Positions 56,289 to 63,790 of a DNA stretch of 64,000 nt are shown here, piece by piece; position 1 is the stretch's first letter, and each line of letters begins with the position of its first letter. Position numbers and translations under genes: made by a program. The notes below the pieces were generated by a model. The model was given only the letters and a program-made list of their open reading frames with translations, was not told the DNA's origin and made no database searches. Source of the stretch: a virus (taxonomy: Duplodnaviria > Caudoviricetes); the IMG/VR virus record IMGVR_UViG_3300016471_001002, positions 128,001 to 192,000 of that record; one strand, given 5' to 3'.

Positions 56289-56753
56289 TCAAGTTCCTAG
56301 CGAACCGCCTTTTCCGCCTAAAAACTCAACCGGTTGACCTGTACGAGTATCAATCACTTGACTTCTTGAACGGCCATACTGAACGTCACGTTCAGATGTT
56401 ACATCTGCTTCTTTGAAGAATCCTTTCAGTTTTTCGTAATCGTTGTGCATTTCTTCAACTTGATCACGGTTCACATCCATGTTGAAATACATGTCTATGT
56501 AATTTGGCATCGCTTTTGGAGCTTTTTCCTTGACTGCATCAAAAAAACGATAGTAGTCGCCTTGAGCTTCTTCTTTTAACGCATCGATGTTTGGAATTTT
56601 TGATACAAGCTGTAACCAAAGACCAAGATGCTTTTGCCCTTCTTTGAACTTTGCATAATCTTTTGCGGATTGTTCTGGCGTTACATTTTCAGAAATAACT
56701 CTAGAAACTTCTTCTTTAATGATGCTACGTAATTGTCCGACAGTAATCTTCAT
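56289..56753 (-). CDS. MKIT-tag family protein
   Basis: MKITVGQLRSIIKEEVSRVISEN; TAGTTA-N6-ATG. Confidence 0.75.
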   Translation of the reverse strand: MKITVGQLRSIIKEEVSRVISENVTPEQSAKDYAKFKEGQKHLGLWLQLVSKIPNIDALKEEAQGDYYRFFDAVKEKAPKAMPNYIDMYFNMDVNRDQVEEMHNDYEKLKGFFKEADVTSERDVQYGRSRSQVIDTRTGQPVEFLGGKGGSLGT

Positions 56754-56782
56754 GGGATATAACTATACCTTATTAGAGAAAA

Positions 56783-57325
56783 TTATTTCTCCCAATACAC
56801 TGTTTCTCCCCTACGATAATATTTCATATTCAATTTTGCGTCATCGCTTGTGAAGTGTTTATCTTTAAATGTAACAAAGTTATTTGGTAACAATCCGAAT
56901 TGTCCGCAAGATAATTCAATCAAATTTAAAGGTTTATGTTCTTGAGGGTATCTGCTGTATCCATCTGACCAATCAATTATGATCCCAGTATGTCTACCTT
57001 CATACTTCGAAGGACGAATGATTTCGCACTCCAATCCCTCTAAATATTTTGCGTGAAAAGTTTGAATATCGTCTCCCATGCAAGACCAAGGCATTAAGTT
57101 TTCTATCTTCTCATCAAAATAGTCAAAAGTCGATAATGCGTGCAATGGAAGACCACTCCAGTTTGCCCCAGATTCCAACATCACGTGACACAATAAAACC
57201 TGATGTGGTCTTGAATAAACTCCATACCAAATTCCCGATGTACACCCACTAGGCATTGAAGGTCCAAGAAATTCATTTTTCACGTTAACATAAAGATGAA
57301 ACGGAAGATTTTCATTTCTACCCAT
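56783..57325 (-). CDS. conserved phage hypothetical protein
   Basis: NLPF..YV.NEFL...LLESGA.W..LPLHA...PNN. Confidence 0.65.
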   Translation of the reverse strand: MGRNENLPFHLYVNVKNEFLGPSMPSGCTSGIWYGVYSRPHQVLLCHVMLESGANWSGLPLHALSTFDYFDEKIENLMPWSCMGDDIQTFHAKYLEGLECEIIRPSKYEGRHTGIIIDWSDGYSRYPQEHKPLNLIELSCGQFGLLPNNFVTFKDKHFTSDDAKLNMKYYRRGETVYWEK

Positions 57326-57341
57326 AAAGCCTCTTTCTAAT

Positions 57342-57566
57342 TTAAGATCTTTTCTTCTTTTTCTGCAATTCGCGATCAACAGCAGAATGCCATTCAGATA
57401 ATGTCCATCCCACCTGAGGTAGCAATTCAGTAAAAGCTTTAGAAGTCATGTTAGCTCGAAGATCTGCATTCTCAACGTGCTCCAACGAATCAAATATCGC
57501 ATACCACGCTAACGCTAATTCTTCGTAACTAATCTTCGGCGCACTTTTCGTACTCTTCGACGACAT
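57342..57566 (-). CDS. hypothetical protein
   Basis: TACATA-N5-ATG. Confidence 0.55.
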   Translation of the reverse strand: MSSKSTKSAPKISYEELALAWYAIFDSLEHVENADLRANMTSKAFTELLPQVGWTLSEWHSAVDRELQKKKKRS

Positions 57567-57676
57567 ACAAATATGTATGCGAACTTAATAAAAAATTCTG
57601 AAGAGAACTATAAAGAAGAAAAATAAAAAGTGGACTTTTCTGGACAAAACTTAAGAAGTATTATACAATCTTCACT

Positions 57677-58180
57677 ATGTTAGTGTACGTCTCTCTATTC
57701 ATGTCGATTAATGCAATAGCGTTATCAATTTATTCATTAAATCTATTGAACAAATTAAAAAGAATCCCAGGACCACAAGGAATCCCAGGAATAAAAGGTG
57801 AACAAGGACCTCAAGGAATTCCTGGGGTGCAGGGGATACAAGGACCTCAAGGACTTAAGGGAGAAATTGGGCCGAAAGGAGAAATAGGACCGCAAGGCCC
57901 ACAAGGATATGAAGGACCAAAGGGTAACAAAGGGAATAAAGGAGATAAAGGAGATAAAGGAGATCCTGGAACAAAAGGAGAAATAGGACCGCAAGGCCAA
58001 CCAGGACCGGTTGGTATAAAAGGAGATCCTGGAACAAAAGGAGAAATGGGACCGCAAGGTCCGCAAGGTATCCCTGGGCTACAAGGTCCTCCAGGACTTA
58101 AAGGAGACAGCGGGGGACCTGCAGATCGAGAACTAATAGCTAAATGGGCAAATAAATCTCTTAAATTACCTCAAGAATAA
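57677..58180 (+). CDS. membrane-anchored collagen-like protein
   Basis: N-terminal TM then ~40 Gly-X-Y triplets; TGGACA-N17-TACAAT promoter. Confidence 0.75.
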   Translation: MLVYVSLFMSINAIALSIYSLNLLNKLKRIPGPQGIPGIKGEQGPQGIPGVQGIQGPQGLKGEIGPKGEIGPQGPQGYEGPKGNKGNKGDKGDKGDPGTKGEIGPQGQPGPVGIKGDPGTKGEMGPQGPQGIPGLQGPPGLKGDSGGPADRELIAKWANKSLKLPQE

Positions 58181-58325
58181 CTTTCATAAATTTCTCTTAT
58201 GGTCTTCATCACTTCTTGAAGTTCTTTCGCTTCTTCGTTACGATTTTGGATCCTCAAAAGATATATGATGTCTTGAAGTTGAGATAATACGTTCTCGTAA
58301 TTTTCTATCATGTCCATTGTTCTTT

Positions 58326-58547
58326 TTACCGTTGAACAATACGATTCAAATTATTTCTATGCACAAAACCTATGATGCCGTTTTGCGTTGCAACTTGAGT
58401 CCATCCGCTGTCATTTTCGCATGAAATGACGATGACAAAACCTCGACCATTGATTGAATCAACTGCATTATTGAGATCTTCGTCCCACACGGTTGTTCCA
58501 AAGTAATGCTCTTTTGTCATGAGCAATTCGCCCTTTTTGAATCTCAC
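58326..58547 (-). CDS. SH3b-like protein
   Basis: FKKGELL...SGWTQVATQNGIIGFVHRNNL. Confidence 0.75.
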   Translation of the reverse strand: MRFKKGELLMTKEHYFGTTVWDEDLNNAVDSINGRGFVIVISCENDSGWTQVATQNGIIGFVHRNNLNRIVQR

Positions 58548-58876
58548 ATACGACCCTTGTGGTTCGTGGCAGTGGACTGCGTCACCGTCTTGAACTTGAC
58601 GTTCGGGGTTCGCTTCTGATACCCCAACTGGCAACTTTTTCCAACCATCATTCCACTATTGACCCACCACGCTTGCCGGTACTCCTCACGGTCCTCATGC
58701 GAATCAAACTTGAGGATGGTGACACCAGCCTGCTTCCCGTCGCCGGCGGACAGACCCAGGTACCTGACAGCGGGTTCCTCAGAACAGTCAGGACACGTGT
58801 TGATCCGACCGCCGGCGAGCCGCTTCGCTAGCGAATTTGAGTCGAAAGAACCACCACAAGAAACGCATTCTCGCAC
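58544..58876 (-). CDS. Zn-finger phage hypothetical protein
   Basis: CVSCG...CPDC. Confidence 0.65.
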   Translation of the reverse strand: MRECVSCGGSFDSNSLAKRLAGGRINTCPDCSEEPAVRYLGLSAGDGKQAGVTILKFDSHEDREEYRQAWWVNSGMMVGKSCQLGYQKRTPNVKFKTVTQSTATNHKGRM

Positions 58877-58903
58877 GTTGATCTCCTTAATTCGATGTTG
58901 AAC

Positions 58904-58978
58904 TGGTGGGTCGCCTGTGAGTCGAACACAGTTCAGAAGGTTAAAAGCCTACTGCATCACCACTAATGCTTGCAACCC
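58904..58978 (-). tRNA. tRNA-Lys(UUU)
   Basis: GGGTTGC/GCGACCC, loop CTTTTAA, TTCGACT, CCA; A8 and U-U in anticodon stem. Confidence 0.88.
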
Positions 58979-58990
58979 ATTGATATTGTT

Positions 58991-59019
58991 AATATATCAT
59001 ACTAAGTTAAGACTTTACA
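58991..59019 (-). promoter_or_regulatory. early-type promoter for tRNA-Lys
   Basis: TGTAAA-N17-TATATT. Confidence 0.7.
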
Positions 59020-59023
59020 CGCT

Positions 59024-59695
59024 CTAGAGCTTTTTTATTTCATCCAAACACTTTCTATAGAACTTGCGTCCGATATCCTTTTCGGTAATCCAGAGATGTT
59101 CATGTTTGGATAAAAGTTTCTTTTTTGCTTCTTGCGTAGAAATATAAGTTTTCCATTTATCAGAAAGCTTATCACCAACGTAAGGAGAAGTGTATTTTAC
59201 TTCAACGATAATCTTCCCGTCAATAATGAAATCAGGTTGGTACTTAATACCTTCCCCCTCAAGATAACCCTTGAATCTTTCAATTTTTGAATTTGGATGT
59301 TGTTCGAGGTACCATTTCAAAAAGGCATACTCTAAAGCAGAGTCGCATCGAATTCCTTCATACGACGTTTTTATGCCGTATCCGATGTTTCCCTTTTCGA
59401 TTTCTTTTAATCTAGAAACTCTCCATTTTTCTAGAACAGTTGGATCGGAATGCTGATGATTGATAGCACATTGACAGGAGCAAAACTTTTTATGCTTCTT
59501 TTTTGTAGAAAATTTCTTTTCACATTGTTTACAGGTTTTTTCGTATGGGTCAAGTGTTAACGTCTTACTAACTTTTTCGTTAATCTCTTTTCTTTTAGAC
59601 TTTGTAGAAAAACCTCTCGAACATCCCTTAGAACAAAATCTTCCAGAACCATAAGAGCCATCATTGTCAGAACCGCAGTATTCGCATTGTTTCAT
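59024..59695 (-). CDS. Zn-finger plus PD-(D/E)XK homing-type endonuclease
   Basis: CEYCG, FCSKGC, CKQC, FCSCQC; DSALE, YQPDFII, VEVK; TAGTTA-N5-ATG. Confidence 0.75.
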   Translation of the reverse strand: MKQCEYCGSDNDGSYGSGRFCSKGCSRGFSTKSKRKEINEKVSKTLTLDPYEKTCKQCEKKFSTKKKHKKFCSCQCAINHQHSDPTVLEKWRVSRLKEIEKGNIGYGIKTSYEGIRCDSALEYAFLKWYLEQHPNSKIERFKGYLEGEGIKYQPDFIIDGKIIVEVKYTSPYVGDKLSDKWKTYISTQEAKKKLLSKHEHLWITEKDIGRKFYRKCLDEIKKL

Positions 59696-59953
59696 GTAAA
59701 TAACTATTGGGCTCCAACAAATCGAACCTACAAACAATCGGTTATTTTCTAAAACTTTTTTTCATCGTGCGATATATTGATATCATGCCGAGAAACAAAA
59801 AGACAGCATCGTTAAAAGCCGGGATAACCTTTCTTAGTTTCTTATCCCAACTTGCTTCAATTCAAGAAGATAAAGGGAAAAAGAAAGAAATCGATAACAC
59901 AAACAGGTTATTAAAAGCCCTAAGATATCTTCTAGGAATTGAAAGATAAACTG

Positions 59954-60190
59954 TCAATCCTCTGATGCTCGTCTTGATGCATGGATAAAAGAAATTACCA
60001 TTGCGCAGATGATATGCCATCCTAAAGAGGATCGACTAAAACTAGCCCATGGCCAATTAAAAGCCGCACCCAAAATCCAAAAACCTATTCCAAAAAATAA
60101 TCCTGCAAGAGGTGCAGTGCATCCATAAACTAATACCTTAGGATAAAACACTATCATGCAGACAACAAAAATAATCCACAAAATAGGCAT
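59954..60190 (-). CDS. small membrane protein
   Basis: three hydrophobic segments. Confidence 0.6.
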   Translation of the reverse strand: MPILWIIFVVCMIVFYPKVLVYGCTAPLAGLFFGIGFWILGAAFNWPWASFSRSSLGWHIICAMVISFIHASRRASED

Positions 60191-60210
60191 ATTGTTTTCC
60201 TAACAATATT

Positions 60211-60408
60211 TCAAAACTTTTTTTCAATTACCGTAAGAGTGTCTGGATCAACAAAATCGAAGACTTTAGGATCACCCACCTTACAAATACGAGCCTGAAT
60301 GACGTCGAGCTCATAGTTCTTGGCAATCTTTGTGATCATCCACGATCCTTCAAATCCATCGCGGGTGACAAAATCTCCTGTGATTACTCGCTTCTTCTTC
60401 TTTTCCAT
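60211..60408 (-). CDS. small KOW-like protein
   Basis: ITGDFVT; TGTAAA-N17-TATGTT promoter at 60416-60444. Confidence 0.6.
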   Translation of the reverse strand: MEKKKKRVITGDFVTRDGFEGSWMITKIAKNYELDVIQARICKVGDPKVFDFVDPDTLTVIEKKF

Positions 60409-60452
60409 GTTCCCCAACATACCACCTTGTCTATCTACTTTACACAACTTTG

Positions 60453-60526
60453 TGGGCCATCCCCGTCCTGCCCGGGGGACCTCCACTTTATCAGAGTGGC
60501 TATCTAACTAACTGATATAATGGCCC
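60453..60526 (-). tRNA. tRNA-Ile(GAU), non-canonical elbow
   Basis: GGGCCAT/ATGGCCC, TATC/GATA, CCACT-CTGATAA-AGTGG, CCCCG-GGCAGGA-CGGGG; no CCA. Confidence 0.85.
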
Positions 60527-60546
60527 TTGTATTCTTACGTTTTATC

Positions 60547-60623
60547 TGGCGGGATAGATGGGGTTCGAACCCACGACCTTCGCAGTGACAGTGCGATATT
60601 CTAACCAACTGAACTACTATCCC
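60547..60623 (-). tRNA. tRNA-Asp(GUC)
   Basis: canonical cloverleaf, G73, CCA. Confidence 0.92.
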
Positions 60624-61429
60624 AGTCTTGATATATATTTCTCATTCCACCATTTAATCTTTTCTTGTAACTGTTCAAGCGTCATTCCACATTTTTTGCC
60701 TTTGGACACATTTAAGTTGTGAACCATTAATCTACAATTTGCTGGATGAGAAATTATGCTTGGGTCTATGTTGTTTTCAAATCCATATTTTACGGATATG
60801 ATGTGATCTCTTGAAACACCGTCGAGATTATTTCCGCGATTTTTTGCAGAATACCAACCATACTTTTCTATCAAAGTAAAGTCGAATTCTTCGGGATAAT
60901 CGGCTAAATTAAACTTAAAACAACAAAGAGTTCTATAATATTTTAGTCCTGCTTTGTCAAGAAGCGGGTATCGAATCTTCGTGCTGCATTCAACTGAACA
61001 ACATTTTTGATGAGGATGCTTTGAACTAACAACAAATCCGTTATTACATCCTTGACAAATTTTCGTGATTCTTTCAGAGATTATTCTTCCAGAAAGTTTC
61101 TTTCTTACTTTTTCTTTAAAGACTTCTGATCTAGGTCCTCTACTGTTTGCACAAGACCTTGAGCAGAAATAAATGTCTCTTTCTGGATGTCTCTTTTCTC
61201 TTTCTTTAACAAAGAAGTGAACATAACAACGTTCACATGTCACATCATATTCTCTTACTTCTCCAAATTCATTTTTATAACGTTCAATGGTTTTTTGAGA
61301 ACACTTTGATGCGCCCTTGTCACCGTTTGTAAGGTTTTTATCACACCATCTTACATGATTTGCAAACACTTTTCCTTCCTCGTTTGGAAAAAAAGTGTTG
61401 CAGTACTTACACGTTCTATCTTGTCTCAT
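60617..61429 (-). CDS. Zn-finger HNH homing endonuclease
   Basis: multiple CxxC; RDHII...ANC...N.SK; TACTTA-N5-ATG. Confidence 0.8.
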   Translation of the reverse strand: MRQDRTCKYCNTFFPNEEGKVFANHVRWCDKNLTNGDKGASKCSQKTIERYKNEFGEVREYDVTCERCYVHFFVKEREKRHPERDIYFCSRSCANSRGPRSEVFKEKVRKKLSGRIISERITKICQGCNNGFVVSSKHPHQKCCSVECSTKIRYPLLDKAGLKYYRTLCCFKFNLADYPEEFDFTLIEKYGWYSAKNRGNNLDGVSRDHIISVKYGFENNIDPSIISHPANCRLMVHNLNVSKGKKCGMTLEQLQEKIKWWNEKYISRLG

Positions 61430-61473
61430 ACTAATAAGTATGGACCTGCTTTTAATCGAACCTGTTTTATTTG

Positions 61474-61545
61474 TGGAGAATCCCGGCTACGCTCCGGGCA
61501 CTGCTGCGTGCAAGGCAACTGTTTTCCTGAATAAACTAATTCCCC
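61474..61545 (-). tRNA. tRNA-Ala(UGC), non-canonical elbow
   Basis: G3-U70, A73, loop CTTGCAC, T-loop AGCGTAG; no CCA. Confidence 0.85.
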
Positions 61546-61595
61546 GATGAACTACCGGCCCTAACTCTAATAAGTATTAGTCACTTTGCGTTTTG

Positions 61596-61678
61596 TGGAA
61601 CGGGACAGATTCGAACTGCCGTAGACATACGCCAACGCGTTTACAGCGCGTCCCCTTTAGCCACTCGGGCACCGTTCC
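61596..61678 (-). tRNA. tRNA-Tyr(GUA)
   Basis: class II cloverleaf, loop CTGTAAA; no CCA. Confidence 0.9.
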
Positions 61679-61679
61679 G

Positions 61680-61755
61680 TGGAGCCACCTGCCGGAATTG
61701 CACCAGCGACCGGGACTTTACAAGGGTCCTGCTCTGCTAACTGAGCTAAGGTGGC
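61680..61755 (-). tRNA. tRNA-Thr(UGU), non-canonical elbow
   Basis: GCCACCT/AGGTGGC, loop CTTGTAA, T-loop TGCAATT, CCA. Confidence 0.87.
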
Positions 61756-61768
61756 GTAATCTATGTTG

Positions 61769-61963
61769 TCAAGGTGGTAAAATTGTTTGTCCGTCAGAGG
61801 GAGGAATTTGTTTCCATTCCTCACAATTTTCAATGTAAAGATATCTTTCTTGAACTTTTTGTATACATTGCGCAGAAGGATGTTTGATTTTTTTTTGCTT
61901 TTTAGTTGGAAAGCAAGCGCACGTTAGAGCGAGTGCATATAATAATAAAGCTTTTTTTAACAT
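61769..61963 (-). CDS. small putative lipoprotein
   Basis: signal peptide ending TCAC. Confidence 0.55.
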   Translation of the reverse strand: MLKKALLLYALALTCACFPTKKQKKIKHPSAQCIQKVQERYLYIENCEEWKQIPPSDGQTILPP

Positions 61964-62175
61964 TGCTCTCCAAATAGCACGTTAAACTCATCCTCGTACA
62001 TTTTAGAGACTCTGCCCATAAAATCTACTGATTCGATCGTGTCCATTACAATTGATTCATCTCCAATGAACATCTTGATTCGACCGCGGCTGGATACATA
62101 CACACGCAAATTATCCTTGGAGTATGAAAACTTCCAAGTCTCGGCACGATCAAGAAGAGATACGACGTTATTCAT
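61957..62175 (-). CDS. hypothetical protein
   Basis: TGTAAA-N17-TATATT promoter at 62183-62211. Confidence 0.65.
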   Translation of the reverse strand: MNNVVSLLDRAETWKFSYSKDNLRVYVSSRGRIKMFIGDESIVMDTIESVDFMGRVSKMYEDEFNVLFGEQC

Positions 62176-62213
62176 GGTTCTTAATATAAAACAATCAAGT
62201 TAAAGTTTACACT

Positions 62214-62290
62214 TGGTGACCCTACTGGGTGCTGCCCCCAGTTTTTCGCCTTGAAAGGGCGACGACTTAGCTGACGTGGTCGATAGGGCC
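62214..62290 (-). tRNA. tRNA-Glu(UUC), non-canonical elbow
   Basis: GGCCCTA/TAGGGTC, TCGCC-CTTTCAA-GGCGA, CTGGG-GGCAGCA-CCCAG, CCA. Confidence 0.85.
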
Positions 62291-62291
62291 A

Positions 62292-62365
62292 TGGTTGGGG
62301 AACTAGGATTCGAACCTAGATAAAGAGATTCAAAGTCTCTTGTCCTGCCTTTGAACGATTCCCCA
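62292..62365 (-). tRNA. tRNA-Gln(UUG)
   Basis: U1-A72, loop CTTTGAA, TTCGAAT, CCA. Confidence 0.9.
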
Positions 62366-62366
62366 G

Positions 62367-62453
62367 CGGAGAGACAGGGATTCGAACCCTGGGTACCCGT
62401 TAAGATACACAGCATTTCCAATGCTGCTCCATCGGCCTCTCGGACATCTCTCC
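62367..62453 (-). tRNA. tRNA-Ser(GGA)
   Basis: long variable arm, G73, loop TTGGAAA. Confidence 0.9.
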
Positions 62454-62460
62454 AATTTTG

Positions 62461-62539
62461 AGCGGGTGGACGGACTCGAACCGACGATGCTTTCGCGGGA
62501 GGTTGGAAACCTCCTGCCATACCACTAGGCGACACCCGC
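62461..62539 (-). tRNA. tRNA-Gly(UCC) with 12-nt variable region
   Basis: GCGGGTG/CACCCGC, U73, loop TTTCCAA, variable CGCGAAAGCATC. Confidence 0.85.
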
Positions 62540-62616
62540 AAGATTAAGTTATCAACTTATCGATTATATTGTTAAAGACATGAAATGTATTCGTCAACGT
62601 TGAAATTTTAAAAACA

Positions 62617-62988
62617 TTAAATCTTACATGAATCATCGCAACGACCGGTCCACTTCAGCCGATTTTTTGCGAAGATTTTATATCCCCAATCAAGAAGATG
62701 AGAGATTCCTGGCCAACGAGTTACTTTAACAATCCAGCCAAATCCCACTGCTGTATAGAGATGACGGAAAACTTCTACGCCTTCGATCATTGTTCCGTCA
62801 GGGAGTTTACCATTGATTTTGTCCATCAACGCTTGCCATTCGGGAGTTCCTCGTTTATCGTAAAAATCCTGACCAGCAATGTCAGTGAACTTGATCTTGC
62901 TCTTCTTGTCCAACCTTCGCAGCATGTTGATTTCACGGATGCAAAGAGGGCAATCACCATCAAAAAAAACTTCTATATCCCAAGTCAT
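62617..62988 (-). CDS. DCC1-like thiol-disulfide oxidoreductase (DUF393)
   Basis: [14 protein letters not shown]...GVEVF...Y...FAKNR. Confidence 0.85.
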   Translation of the reverse strand: MTWDIEVFFDGDCPLCIREINMLRRLDKKSKIKFTDIAGQDFYDKRGTPEWQALMDKINGKLPDGTMIEGVEVFRHLYTAVGFGWIVKVTRWPGISHLLDWGYKIFAKNRLKWTGRCDDSCKI

Positions 62989-63028
62989 GTTTTATTATAC
63001 ACAAATATAAATATCGAATTGAGGATTT

Positions 63029-63790
63029 TCATTCTCTTATTAAACCATTGTCGATGATAATCTTCACGATTTCTTTCGATATAGCCGTGTCAGAAGGATA
63101 ATGAATGCCGACCAACTCTCTACTTCTGGCTATCTTGTCTCCTAGAGCATACAATTCAATTGCAGCATCAGGATACTTCCTGGCATAATATTCGCTCATC
63201 ATGAAACCTGCCATAGCATGACCGCCTGGGTAAGACGCTGACATCGCATCTGTACGCATCAATGGATACAAGGCAAGGCCATAAGACTTGGCTAACTGAT
63301 ATGGTCTTGGACGATTAATGATGTCTTTTAAGTGATAGAGAAGCCCTTCATTCTGGGTCTCGATCTCGAAGAATCTACCCATGTCCTCTTCATGTCCTTT
63401 TTCTGACAACAGGTCGATAAAAGTCTGCGCCAAATTACTCAAATCATCGACGTAACGAGCAAAGGTAATGTCTTCAGACGTCGCTGAATTCACTAATTCC
63501 AAAAGAATGTTTAAATCTTCTCTTGTCGTTTCGCTGTCGTTTGCCGGTGCCGATCGACAAATTTCATCTACCAATCCGTGGTTAATGAACCAGTTCTTGA
63601 TAAAATCTTCAGTGTTTTTGGCAATCTTGTGAAACTCCAGCGGAGGATTTCCGTAATTTACGACGTCGACGTCGCCGACGGGTTCGGCAGGCAAAGTTTT
63701 AGCAACAAAACCTTCGTCAGGCGTGAGGGCCGGCCTCAGCTCGACCTCCTCCCGGATCAACTTCCTCAATTCACTCAATCGTATCTTCAT
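63029..63790 (-). CDS. MKIT-tagged PAP2 family phosphatase/haloperoxidase-like protein
   Basis: MKIRLSELRKLIREEV; K..INRPRP, SYPGGH, SRELVGIHYPSD; TATTTA-N6-ATG. Confidence 0.82.
   Translation of the reverse strand: MKIRLSELRKLIREEVELRPALTPDEGFVAKTLPAEPVGDVDVVNYGNPPLEFHKIAKNTEDFIKNWFINHGLVDEICRSAPANDSETTREDLNILLELVNSATSEDITFARYVDDLSNLAQTFIDLLSEKGHEEDMGRFFEIETQNEGLLYHLKDIINRPRPYQLAKSYGLALYPLMRTDAMSASYPGGHAMAGFMMSEYYARKYPDAAIELYALGDKIARSRELVGIHYPSDTAISKEIVKIIIDNGLIRE

Noticed and set aside
60409-62541. ORF-track entries 61593-61838, 62200-62541 and the 5' part of 60211-60486
   Set aside because: They overlap tRNA genes.
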